Shown here piece after piece: positions 1 through 8,536 of a stretch of 64,000 bases of DNA. The notes under the pieces are model-generated. The model saw only the letters and a program-made list of their open reading frames with translations. It had not been told where the DNA came from and did not search any database. The translations under genes and the position numbers were made by a program. Position 1 is the first letter of the stretch. Each line of letters begins with the position of its first letter. Source of the stretch: an uncultured Methanosarcinales archaeon (lineage in GTDB: Archaea > Nanobdellota > Nanobdellia > Woesearchaeales > CAYSVS01); contig CAZPRK010000004.1 in NCBI GenBank assembly GCA_964589485.1, positions 20,611 to 84,610 on the forward strand, read 5' to 3'.

Positions 1-54
1 AGCAAAAAAATCTTTTTTAAAATTATTAGGAAGTATTAAAAAGAGGTTAGATAC

Positions 55-1029
55 ATGAAATTTTTAACCTATGAAGATTTGTTTGGGCCTCTTAATGAGA
101 ATTATTCAATTAGCTTAGAAAATTTAGCAAACGGAAGAATTAAGCCTAATGAACTATTATGGCAAGATATTTTCGCAAAAGAAGGGAAGTCTTCTTATAT
201 CTATATAGGAGATAAGAAAACTGATTTAGATTTTATATTGTCTTCTCCTCATATAAATGGACTTATTATACCACGAGATATATCTCAAATAGAACGTTAT
301 CAAATTAATATTTATTCTAAAAATGTAGAAGATAGAGTTAAAGTAAGTGAACAAAATTTAGATTCAATTTTAGCTTTATTGGGTGGTTTTCTAAAAAATA
401 CAGAAGTAGATCAAGTTTTTTTAGGGTTTGATTTAGATGATACAGCTCACCCTAAATTTAATAATGCTCAAAATAAAGCAGCTTATCACTTCGCAGATGA
501 GTTGGCAAAGTTATCTGGTTTCAGTGAAGCTTTCAATGATGTTGCTATTGCTTATATTAAAAATTATGAACGTAATTTTAAAAGATATTCTCATGATGAT
601 AGCGAAGCTATTCCTGGTGGATCTGATTTTAAGGTTGCATTATCTATATTAACAGTAATAGAGTTTTATGCCATCAATAGAAAAGCGCCATCTACTCAAT
701 CTGAGTTGAAAGATCAAATTAAACCTAGTATAATAGAAAATTATGTAACTAATAAAGGTGGAAGATCTAAATTAATTGAAGATTTGATAACATTTTCTAT
801 TTTATCATCTGCTAAAATATCTGAGGAATACTTTTTAATTCCAAGGTTTAGAGAATTAGAAGCTAAATTTTCACAAAATGAAATTGTTCAAGGAGAAGTA
901 TATTTTTTTGAAACTATGGTGAATTTAATAGACAAATTGAAAGAAAGAGGATATGCTCCTAAGTTTGTAACTAATAAACCTGAATCTGTTCTAAATAAAA
1001 TATATGGTTCGCGCTTTCAAGTAAAATAA
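55..1029 (+). CDS. hypothetical protein (324 aa), no recognisable motif
   Basis: Long ORF with an AGAGG SD-like sequence upstream. Convergent with the next gene. No known domain recognised. Confidence 0.45.
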   Translation: MKFLTYEDLFGPLNENYSISLENLANGRIKPNELLWQDIFAKEGKSSYIYIGDKKTDLDFILSSPHINGLIIPRDISQIERYQINIYSKNVEDRVKVSEQNLDSILALLGGFLKNTEVDQVFLGFDLDDTAHPKFNNAQNKAAYHFADELAKLSGFSEAFNDVAIAYIKNYERNFKRYSHDDSEAIPGGSDFKVALSILTVIEFYAINRKAPSTQSELKDQIKPSIIENYVTNKGGRSKLIEDLITFSILSSAKISEEYFLIPRFRELEAKFSQNEIVQGEVYFFETMVNLIDKLKERGYAPKFVTNKPESVLNKIYGSRFQVK

Positions 1030-1998
1030 TTATAATTCAATTGATATGGTTGCTTCAATTAAATCTAATAAAAGGTCTAATATCATTATTTGTTGACTTG
1101 CATAATAAATTTCTTCAGAAGCTATATTTTTAAGGTTTGTTTCAATTTTTTTTCTTGCTTCTCTTCTTTTTCGACTAAATTCTACAATTTTATTATAATC
1201 TAATTTGTAAAATATTTCATAGAATGCATTAAATTCACTTTCTACATATTTTATAATTTCTAATGTTTCATGATTTATGTTTATTTTGTGTTTTGTTATA
1301 TTTCTTGCTAGATATTTGTAAATGTCAGCAATTTTATCTATATTTGAAATAATGTGGTAAAGAAGTGAAGATTTTTTATAGTCTTTTATTCCTTGTTTGT
1401 TTAATAGTCTAAGGCAAAAAGCAATAAATTTAGTTATGTTGTCGTGCTTTTCTTGTATGTTTTCTAATTCTAAAGCATCTTTCTTTTCAATCCCTATTAT
1501 GCTACTATTAATCATATCTTTTGTTAAAAGAAAAATTCTTCTTAAAACATTACTAAATTCTTGACTGGAAGTAGATGATATGTCTTTTAGAATACATAAA
1601 TTTTCACTTTGTTTAATTATTTCAAATCCAACCAATCTTTCTGTAGTTTTACTTATTATTGACTGTACTCTTTCTGATTTTGTTGTTTTAAAATCTTTAA
1701 CTTCTCTATTTGTAAATCTTAATGTAACTTCATCGTACCCTTTTTTATATGCTGCTTGTATTATATGTAATATTGTTGAAGAGTCAAGGTTACTAATATC
1801 TATTTCTTTTTTCTCTATAGCTTTTTCTTCATTTGTTTTTGGATTTAATGTTAGAATGTTTTCATTTATATCTAATGCAATTGTACTTCCTTTTTCTAAA
1901 TTATTTTCAACTAACCATTTCTTTGGAAGTGAAACTACAAATGAACTTTTTCCAAATCCTATTAGTTTTCTAAATTCCATAAATACATCTCTCTCCAA
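1030..1998 (-). CDS. PhoU-family regulator with N-terminal AbrB/SpoVT swapped-hairpin domain
   Basis: N-terminus 'GKSSFVVSLPKKWLVENNLEKGSTIALDINENILTL' looks AbrB/SpoVT-like. The remainder is helical with PhoU-like 'ISNIDKIADIYKYLARNI' repeats. Confidence 0.5.
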   Translation of the reverse strand: MERDVFMEFRKLIGFGKSSFVVSLPKKWLVENNLEKGSTIALDINENILTLNPKTNEEKAIEKKEIDISNLDSSTILHIIQAAYKKGYDEVTLRFTNREVKDFKTTKSERVQSIISKTTERLVGFEIIKQSENLCILKDISSTSSQEFSNVLRRIFLLTKDMINSSIIGIEKKDALELENIQEKHDNITKFIAFCLRLLNKQGIKDYKKSSLLYHIISNIDKIADIYKYLARNITKHKININHETLEIIKYVESEFNAFYEIFYKLDYNKIVEFSRKRREARKKIETNLKNIASEEIYYASQQIMILDLLLDLIEATISIEL

Positions 1999-2069
1999 GT
2001 ATATGCTATATATAGGTTAAGAATATATATAAATCTATCGCTGAATTTCATTAAAAAAGAGGTGTTTAA

Positions 2070-2219
2070 GTGAATATTAAAAAAAGAGTTAGTTTATTAG
2101 AAACAGAGCAAGAAAAACACTTCTATGATCCAGAATATAGGGAAGAATTAGTCGATAATGACATTATTAACACTGCAGAAGAAGGTTTTATGAAAGGCTA
2201 TGAGGAAGCTTATGATTAA
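2070..2219 (+). CDS. mini-protein (49 aa) with C-terminal 'AEEGFMKGYEEA' motif, paralog 1
   Basis: GTG start 5 nt after 'AAGAGGTG'. Not in the ORF track (<60 aa). Shares its C-terminal motif with the next mini-ORF. Confidence 0.35.
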   Translation: MNIKKRVSLLETEQEKHFYDPEYREELVDNDIINTAEEGFMKGYEEAYD

Positions 2220-2299
2220 CATATAGTGTATATGCATAATATCCCCAAAATATATATTGGCTGTTTGGTATACTTTCATTGTACATGGGGGTGTAGCGT

Positions 2300-2440
2300 A
2301 TGATGAAACTATTTGTTGATGATTATTGGGAAGAAAATTTAGGAATATATTCAGAAGATACTAGAGAAGATTTAGTAGAATCAGGCGCTCTTTCTGCAGA
2401 GGAAGATGCATTCATGAAAGGATATGAAGAAGCAAGTTAA
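2300..2440 (+). CDS. mini-protein (46 aa) with C-terminal 'AEEDAFMKGYEEA' motif, paralog 2
   Basis: ATG preceded by 'GGGGGTG'. C-terminal motif is near-identical to the 2070..2219 product. Confidence 0.35.
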   Translation: MMKLFVDDYWEENLGIYSEDTREDLVESGALSAEEDAFMKGYEEAS

Positions 2441-2514
2441 AGGTCAAAAAAGAGAGGGATGGCATTAGCCTCGGCTAACCATCTCTCCACTATTTAATTC
2501 TAAGAGAATATAAG

Positions 2515-2637
2515 TCCGCCCGGCCGGATTTGAACCAGCAACCTTCCGGTAACAGCTGACTGTTTATCATCATAGCTAATTAGCACATCAAAACAGCTTT
2601 CTACAGCCGAACGCTCTAGCCGTTGAGCTACAGGCGG
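2515..2637 (-). tRNA. tRNA-Tyr: tRNA-Tyr (anticodon GTA) with ~50-nt intron at 37/38
   Basis: Folded by hand on the minus strand: acceptor CCGCCTG/CGGGCGG (C1-G72, the archaeal Tyr identity pair), D-arm GCTC/GAGC, anticodon stem TTCGG/CCGGA, loop CTGTAG|A, T-arm GCTGG-TTCAAAT-CCGGC, discriminator A. No encoded CCA. The intron has an AGCTG/CAGCT helix compatible with a bulge-helix-bulge (BHB) splice motif. Confidence 0.8.
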
Positions 2638-2674
2638 ATGTTATAGAACAAAAAGAGTTTGTTTATAAATTTTT

Positions 2675-4162
2675 CTAACCTTCGACCTTAACACTATTGG
2701 AATATAGAGTTTTTCTTCTTTTTCCTTTACTATATTTTAAGTTAGCAACAGGTAAAGAAAAATCTCCTAATATGCTTAATTTTGATTTAATTCTATATGT
2801 TAAAATTCTTTCTTCTTGTGGATCTATTTCAGGAATTTCCCACTTAATTAATGTTGCTCCGTTCTTTTTAGTAAATCTTGAAGGGCTTAATGTTCCTACA
2901 TCAAAATCTTTTAATACATCAACAATGTTTGGAACTTTATCTATAATGTCTATGTTTTCAATTGGCTTTACTCCTTCGTTTTTGATGTTGATGTTTATTT
3001 TAATTTGAGATATGCCTCCTTCTGCTGTTTCTATATTGTGGGCTTCTTTTGTAATTCTAAGAGGGCTTTGGTCCATGTAATTATAGAATAAAAATAATAA
3101 AATTAAAATAATTGCATAAAATAGCCATCTATAATTAACTAATATTTCTAAAGTATAATTTTCATCTGATTTTAAATCAATTTCCCATTCAAAATATCTA
3201 TTTCCATCAATATCTTTTGTTAATCTTGCTTTCGGGTTAGTGGAAGTAAAAAATCTACTAAAAAATCCAGTTTCGTGTTGAATTAATTGTTTTTTATCAT
3301 TATTACCTTTATTAGTATATTTTATGGTTTCTTTATTTTTTAAGAATCCGCTTTCTGTTTTTTTTTCTTCTTTGAATCTTTCAGTGTAATCAACTATATT
3401 ATACACAAAAGCACCGATGTGTTGCACTTGACCGTCTATTTCTAATTGTCCTACTACTGTGTCTTTGGTTGGTTTTTGGTTTTCGGCTAGAGAGACTGGC
3501 CATTCAAGAAATGCAGTAGCTATTTGATCATCTACTCTTCCTGCTATTCCTGTTGAAGCTTCCATTACTCCTAATAGAGGACTTTCTAAGGTTACTTTTA
3601 TTTCTTCTTCGGAATATTCCCTTGGATTAAAATTTTCTAGTTTTAACCTTATTTTGTTATCTTCTCTTGGGTCTACTTCATTTGGGAAATCAATTGTTCC
3701 TTGTAAATCAGGAGAATATTTTGAAATGCTATTACTTTTTATGTAAGTATCTAAAGGAATATCTAATGCTGAATTGGAATTTCTTACTTTAAACACTGCC
3801 TTTAATATGTGTGTTCCGGATGCAAGGTTTTCTAATGGATCTAATTTAATTATGAACTTAGTTTCTTTTGCAGGATATAATGCAGTTTCTGATGCAGTAT
3901 ATAATAATGGTTCTGATCTTACCCATTTCCACTCGTATACTTCACTAAATATAATACTTAAATAATCTATTTTTTCTTTATTATTGGATACTGTTATTGC
4001 AAATTCAGCAGATTCTTGGGTTGAAATTTCATTTTTTATTGGTTCAACTTTAACTTGAAAAAAATCATTTGCATAAATTCTTTCTTTTTCAAGTACAACT
4101 GGTTCAGCATATGCAAAAGAACTTAATATGATTAATAATATAATTGGTAGTTTAAACTTCAT
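2675..4162 (-). CDS. secreted surface protein with C-terminal TM anchor (hypothetical)
   Basis: N-terminal signal peptide 'MKFKLPIILLIILSSFAYA'. Hydrophobic helix 'LFYAIILILLFLFYNY' near the C-terminus. Confidence 0.5.
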   Translation of the reverse strand: MKFKLPIILLIILSSFAYAEPVVLEKERIYANDFFQVKVEPIKNEISTQESAEFAITVSNNKEKIDYLSIIFSEVYEWKWVRSEPLLYTASETALYPAKETKFIIKLDPLENLASGTHILKAVFKVRNSNSALDIPLDTYIKSNSISKYSPDLQGTIDFPNEVDPREDNKIRLKLENFNPREYSEEEIKVTLESPLLGVMEASTGIAGRVDDQIATAFLEWPVSLAENQKPTKDTVVGQLEIDGQVQHIGAFVYNIVDYTERFKEEKKTESGFLKNKETIKYTNKGNNDKKQLIQHETGFFSRFFTSTNPKARLTKDIDGNRYFEWEIDLKSDENYTLEILVNYRWLFYAIILILLFLFYNYMDQSPLRITKEAHNIETAEGGISQIKININIKNEGVKPIENIDIIDKVPNIVDVLKDFDVGTLSPSRFTKKNGATLIKWEIPEIDPQEERILTYRIKSKLSILGDFSLPVANLKYSKGKRRKTLYSNSVKVEG

Positions 4163-4280
4163 AATTTCTTCCCTCGCTAATAAATTATAACTTAAACTAT
4201 CTTAAATCATATTTAAATTTTCCTATTACCAAGTATACTCTTTCTACTAAATAATGATAAACTATTTATATTTGTTATAA

Positions 4281-5066
4281 TTGTTTGAATTGGTGACGTA
4301 TACTAAGTTAGCTATATTTGATATGGATGGTACTCTTATTATTCAAGAAACTACTGATGTTATGGCTAGCTTAAAAGGTAAGGAAAAAGAAGTTGCTGAA
4401 ATTACTACTTTAGGAATGACTGGTAATTTAGATTTTAAAGTTTCTGTTCTTAGAAGGCTTAGTATCATGAACCCATCTATGGATGATTTTGAAAATATAT
4501 CTGATAATTTAGATTTAAGTACTGGAGCAGTTGATTTAATAAGTTTTTTGAAACAAAATGATTTTATTGTTGGGATTATTTCAGGAGGGTTTGATCCTGT
4601 TGCAGAAAAGATAGCAAAAAGAGTAGGGGCGAATTTTTATATCGCGAATTCTTTAAATGAAGTTAATAATGGCCTTGAAGTTGATTTTAATGTGTATAAT
4701 AATAAAGCTACTTTAGTTTCATTTTTATCTGAATTATTTCAAAGCGAATTTGTTTTTGCAATTGGTGATGGAAGTAATGATTTGAGAATGTTGCAAGCTG
4801 CTAATTTAGGTGTTGTGTATAAAAGTACTAATTTGAGAGGTAGATTACCGCAACATAGTTATATTCCTGAAAATTTATATGATTCTGTTGAATTAATACG
4901 CAATTTTGATGGGTCGAAGAGAATGGTTTCTAGGTCGGATGAATTGTTAAATTTTCATAATCATATATCAAATATAGATAAACCTATTAACCTTTCTTTG
5001 GAATATATGTTATTTACAGGTAAAAGAATATTGGATTTAGGTCAAGATGAAAGCTACGCACGATAG
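4281..5066 (+). CDS. HAD-superfamily phosphatase, phosphoserine-phosphatase-like
   Basis: HAD motif I 'FDMDGTL' and motif IV 'GDGSND'. Confidence 0.6.
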   Translation: MFELVTYTKLAIFDMDGTLIIQETTDVMASLKGKEKEVAEITTLGMTGNLDFKVSVLRRLSIMNPSMDDFENISDNLDLSTGAVDLISFLKQNDFIVGIISGGFDPVAEKIAKRVGANFYIANSLNEVNNGLEVDFNVYNNKATLVSFLSELFQSEFVFAIGDGSNDLRMLQAANLGVVYKSTNLRGRLPQHSYIPENLYDSVELIRNFDGSKRMVSRSDELLNFHNHISNIDKPINLSLEYMLFTGKRILDLGQDESYAR

Positions 5067-5102
5067 CAAAGCTTTTATAGTATCTGATTTGTTTATATAA
5101 TT

Positions 5103-5390
5103 ATGGATAAATCTGCTAAATTTTTAAATTTTGAGAATAACGTTGAAAAAATAGTTATAATTTCTGATTGGAACACTGAAAAAATAAATGATGTTTTGTT
5201 CAAATGTTATGTTGTTGAAGAAGATGGCGAAGAAGTAGATAAATTCTGGTATGTATGGGATTATGATTTAGCTGAAAATTTAAAAAAATTTATACGGGGA
5301 AAAAAACCATATGAAAAAATTAAAATTAAAGTACTAATGACTGAAGTTGATGAATTTTCTAAAGAATATAAACTTAGTAAGTCTGATTAG
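5103..5390 (+). CDS. hypothetical protein (95 aa)
   Basis: ORF only. Confidence 0.3.
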   Translation: MDKSAKFLNFENNVEKIVIISDWNTEKINDVLFKCYVVEEDGEEVDKFWYVWDYDLAENLKKFIRGKKPYEKIKIKVLMTEVDEFSKEYKLSKSD

Positions 5391-5772
5391 ATAATAATAT
5401 TTCTATTCCTTTTGCTGTTGACATTATATTTATTTCATTATTTTCTTGAGCTAACAAATAACCATCCCATACTGAACCTATCATTGGATCTTTTGTAATT
5501 CTTTCTTCTTTATGGTATTTTATTGCATGTAAAATTTTTTGATGATCTAAATTTGGAAAACTTAATAGAAATTTAGTTGCAAAGTCTATATTTAAATTAG
5601 TGTTTTTTAAAACATTATGTAAATAACTTGCAATTGTAACTTCTTCTATTTTATTTGGACATTCTGCTTTTGCAATAGTCATAGAATAGTTTACAACTTC
5701 CCTTATTTTTTTTAATTGATTTTTATCTGTAACCTTTAGAATTTTATTTTCTACTTCATCGAAGTTTATCAT
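5374..5772 (-). CDS. hypothetical protein (132 aa), possible HD-like His/Asp pattern
   Basis: ORF. 'YLHNV...LDHQKILHAIKYHKE' is weakly HD-domain-like. Confidence 0.3.
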   Translation of the reverse strand: MINFDEVENKILKVTDKNQLKKIREVVNYSMTIAKAECPNKIEEVTIASYLHNVLKNTNLNIDFATKFLLSFPNLDHQKILHAIKYHKEERITKDPMIGSVWDGYLLAQENNEINIMSTAKGIEILLSNQTY

Positions 5773-5858
5773 TTCTAAATGTAATTTAGTTTTATTTAAA
5801 AAAATAACTAGTAAGGTTTAAATAGAAGTTTATTTTATTACGATGTGGTGAGTCAATT

Positions 5859-6044
5859 ATGGGTATGAAAGATTGCAATAATTGTGATAATGAAGTTCCA
5901 AAGGCTGGACAATGTAATTCTTGTGGATTTGTAGATGGAATGGCAAGGCAACCTAGTGACGAAGAGTTTAAAGACGCTAGGGAAATTAATGATAAACATG
6001 AGTATGAACAATTTCAGAACCTAGATATGTTGTTGTTGGATTGA
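5859..6044 (+). CDS. small zinc-ribbon protein (CxxC...CxxC)
   Basis: 'CNNCDN...CNSCG'. GGTGAG SD-like sequence upstream. Confidence 0.4.
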   Translation: MGMKDCNNCDNEVPKAGQCNSCGFVDGMARQPSDEEFKDAREINDKHEYEQFQNLDMLLLD

Positions 6045-6046
6045 TT

Positions 6047-6826
6047 CTATATTCTTTTATATTTAATTCCTTCTAACAAAGAAACAATTCTTTCTTTTTC
6101 TTTACCTAAACCTTTCCAATCTAAATAAATTTCTTTGGCATTGCATTTTTTCATTGCTTCTTGTATTAATTCTTTTGTTAGGGCTGGGACCATATGTTTT
6201 GGACAAACATGACCGAATGCCGAATCTATTTTTTTAAAATTAGGAGTGTGATGCATTCCTCCTATTCCTATTGCAATGTTATGTTTATCTTTACATTCTA
6301 ATGTTTCAAAAATTGTTTCTGCAATTATTTTTCCTGCTTGTTTATTTTCCCATTCTTTTATATCTGAGCCTATTTCAATAAACACCGATGGTGTTTCTAC
6401 ATACGGTCCGTGATGTGTTGCTTCTTGTATAACTTCATAATTTTTATTTTTTTTATCTAATATATTTAATGTGTTTTTTAAAAAATTAGCATCTGTGTTA
6501 ACTAAACTTTTATCTCTTCCTCCAAACATTGCTTTATCCCAATTTCCAATTGAATGTACTGATAAGCTATGAATTCCTGCTTTTGACATATGTTTAGTTG
6601 CAAAAATTAATAATTTTATTTTTAGATTTAATTCAGAATTAATTTCTTTGTCTATATTTTCGCAATGGATGCTTTCTTTATCTGTTGTGAATAAATATGT
6701 GTCTTTATATTTATAATAATGGTGTGAATGAAATTCTCCTATTTCTTTCCATTCAACTAAAGATAGTAGATTGTTTTTGATATTTATTCCTGCTGGATCT
6801 AAAGTTGATGTTAGTATTGCTATCAT
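6047..6826 (-). CDS. dtdA: D-aminoacyl-tRNA deacylase, archaeal type (DTD2/DtdA-like)
   Basis: 'HSLSVHSIGNW' and 'THHGPY' motifs recalled from the archaeal D-Tyr-tRNA deacylase family. Length is about 260 aa. Confidence 0.5.
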   Translation of the reverse strand: MIAILTSTLDPAGINIKNNLLSLVEWKEIGEFHSHHYYKYKDTYLFTTDKESIHCENIDKEINSELNLKIKLLIFATKHMSKAGIHSLSVHSIGNWDKAMFGGRDKSLVNTDANFLKNTLNILDKKNKNYEVIQEATHHGPYVETPSVFIEIGSDIKEWENKQAGKIIAETIFETLECKDKHNIAIGIGGMHHTPNFKKIDSAFGHVCPKHMVPALTKELIQEAMKKCNAKEIYLDWKGLGKEKERIVSLLEGIKYKRI

Positions 6827-7037
6827 TTAATGTATTTTTTTGTTTGTTGTATATATTGTTTTCTGTTCATCTTGCTTAAAAATAAGTACTAAAATAAGTA
6901 TTTTTATTCTTTTTTAAGTATTGATTTTTATTATTAACTTAATTAGTATTTTTAGTGGTATTAAAATAAATCAAAACATTTATATATTAGTTAGTAAATA
7001 TAATATCCAATAACTTAGTATAAAAGTAAGTGATAAT
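6827..7037. promoter_or_regulatory. AT-rich divergent intergenic region with reiterated TAAGTATTTTTA-like elements
   Basis: Lies between divergent starts at 6826 (-) and 7038 (+). Near-identical 'TAAGTATTTTTATT' / 'TTAGTATTTTTAGT' copies resemble archaeal TATA/BRE elements. Confidence 0.3.
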
Positions 7038-7220
7038 ATGCCTAATAAGACGACACATACTATTAAAAGAAAACTGTATAAACGTGGTTCAAGTTACGAA
7101 ACTACTATTCCTATTCCTATGCTGTTTGCGTTAGACAAAAAACAAAAACATAATGTTTTATTCAATTATGATCCTAAATTAAATAAGTGGTATGTAGAAT
7201 TCGAAGAGGTGAAATCATAG
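7038..7220 (+). CDS. small AbrB/SpoVT-like DNA-binding protein (60 aa)
   Basis: 'RKLYKRGSSYETTIPIPM' resembles the AbrB swapped-hairpin 'K.G.S..vtIP' motif. Confidence 0.4.
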   Translation: MPNKTTHTIKRKLYKRGSSYETTIPIPMLFALDKKQKHNVLFNYDPKLNKWYVEFEEVKS

Positions 7221-7231
7221 TTTTTGGCGAA

Positions 7232-7285
7232 AAACTAAACTAAAGCGGGGTGTTTACCAGACTGAGTCTGTCCCCTTTAGTTTAT
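7232..7285 (+). terminator. compound hairpin (outer AAACTAAAG-GGGG/CCCCTTTAGTTT, inner CAGAC-TGA-GTCTG)
   Basis: Inverted repeats read directly. It is the GC-richest patch locally, sits immediately 3' of the 7038..7220 ORF and is followed by T-rich sequence. Confidence 0.4.
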
Positions 7286-7302
7286 TTAAGGTGATGTAAA
7301 AA

Positions 7303-7743
7303 ATGGAACCAGCAATAAAATTTGTAATTATTTTAATGATCTTATTAACAGTAGGGTTTTTTTATGCTAGATTTTTTTCTAAGAGGGCCCCTATGGGTAA
7401 TTTTAATGATGTTATGTCTCATTATGTTTGGAGAACAAAACGTATTAGAAAAAGTATAAGAAAAAATGAAAAGAAAAGGGTTAAGGATCAAGAATCTAAA
7501 AAGACGATGGTGATGCTGGATTCGGTTTTTGCTGATAAAGTTAATAATGCAAAGGAAGATATTCAAGATAAAACTGAAAAAGTTGCAACTAAAATAAATA
7601 AATCAAAGATAATTCCGTTAAAGAAGAATTTGAAAAGAGAAGTTAGAAAAATTGCTTCAAAAATTACTGAGAAATTAAGTGACGGTCCTTCAAAGAAAGA
7701 TAAGTTAATTTCTCAAATGCAAGAGGTGTATAGAAATGAGTAA
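7303..7743 (+). CDS. membrane-anchored, lysine-rich basic protein (hypothetical; possible ParA/MinD partner)
   Basis: N-terminal TM 'FVIILMILLTVGFFYARFF' followed by a K/R-rich charged tail. The stop overlaps the ParA start. Confidence 0.45.
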   Translation: MEPAIKFVIILMILLTVGFFYARFFSKRAPMGNFNDVMSHYVWRTKRIRKSIRKNEKKRVKDQESKKTMVMLDSVFADKVNNAKEDIQDKTEKVATKINKSKIIPLKKNLKREVRKIASKITEKLSDGPSKKDKLISQMQEVYRNE

Positions 7744-8536
7744 AACAATTGGCGTAATTGCTATTAAGGGAGGCGTAGGTAAGACAACTACTACTGTTAA
7801 CCTGGGAGCTTCTCTCGCAAAAGATTTTGGAAAAAAAGTATTAATAGTTGATGGGAATTATAGTGCACCTAATTTGGGATTGCATATAGGTGTTGTTAAA
7901 CCAGAAAAAACTTTACATGATGTTTTAAGTGGAAAGTTGAATATAAAAAAAGCAACTTATGCACATGATTTAGGGTTTGATTATCTTCCATCTAACTTAA
8001 TTCATAAAAAAATAGATGTATATAAGTTAAAACAAAAGTTAGCAGAAATTAAAAGTAATTATGATGTGATTTTAGTTGATTCTAGTCCTAACTTAAATCA
8101 TGAAATGTTATCTACAATTGTAGCTTCTGATGAGTTATTAGTTGTGACTACTCCTGATTACCCTACATTAAGTGCAACTATGAATGCAGTTAGGTTAGCT
8201 AAACAAAAAAGTACAAAGATAAGTGGTTTGGTTTTGAATAAAGTTAGAAACAAAAATTTTGAGCTTAATTTATCTGATATTGAAGATGCTACAAATACAC
8301 CAGTTTTGGCAATTTTAAATGATGACCTTAAAGTTTTGGAATCTCTTGCTGAAACAACTCCTTTTGCGTTGAGACATCCTGGTCAAAATGCTGCAGTTGA
8401 ATATAAGGAATTAGCTGGAACGTTAATCGGTGATAGATTTAATGATGGGAGATTTGTAACTAAAATAAAAAGATTATTTTCCTCCCCTTCAAAACAAGAT
8501 GTTAATAGAACATTGTATAGGGATTTAGGTAAATGA
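7736..8536 (+). CDS. ParA/MinD-family P-loop ATPase
   Basis: Deviant Walker A 'IKGGVGKTTT'. Overall ParA/MinD architecture at 266 aa. Confidence 0.85.
   Translation: MSKTIGVIAIKGGVGKTTTTVNLGASLAKDFGKKVLIVDGNYSAPNLGLHIGVVKPEKTLHDVLSGKLNIKKATYAHDLGFDYLPSNLIHKKIDVYKLKQKLAEIKSNYDVILVDSSPNLNHEMLSTIVASDELLVVTTPDYPTLSATMNAVRLAKQKSTKISGLVLNKVRNKNFELNLSDIEDATNTPVLAILNDDLKVLESLAETTPFALRHPGQNAAVEYKELAGTLIGDRFNDGRFVTKIKRLFSSPSKQDVNRTLYRDLGK

Noticed and set aside
437-652. Short ORFs embedded in or antisense to long, well-supported genes (for example 437..652, 1580..2020, 2697..3008, 7345..7566, 8993..9263, 15079..15906, 16477..16974, 24218..24466, 36442..36777, 38221..38460, 41494..41952, 42880..43122, 50497..50703, 54657..54962, 55797..55985, 56532..57091, 58498..58725, 60622..60900, 63131..63322)
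   Set aside because: They overlap stronger ORFs with recognisable domains, are low-complexity (I/L/F/K-rich, typical of AT-rich antisense frames) and lack SD-like upstream sequence.
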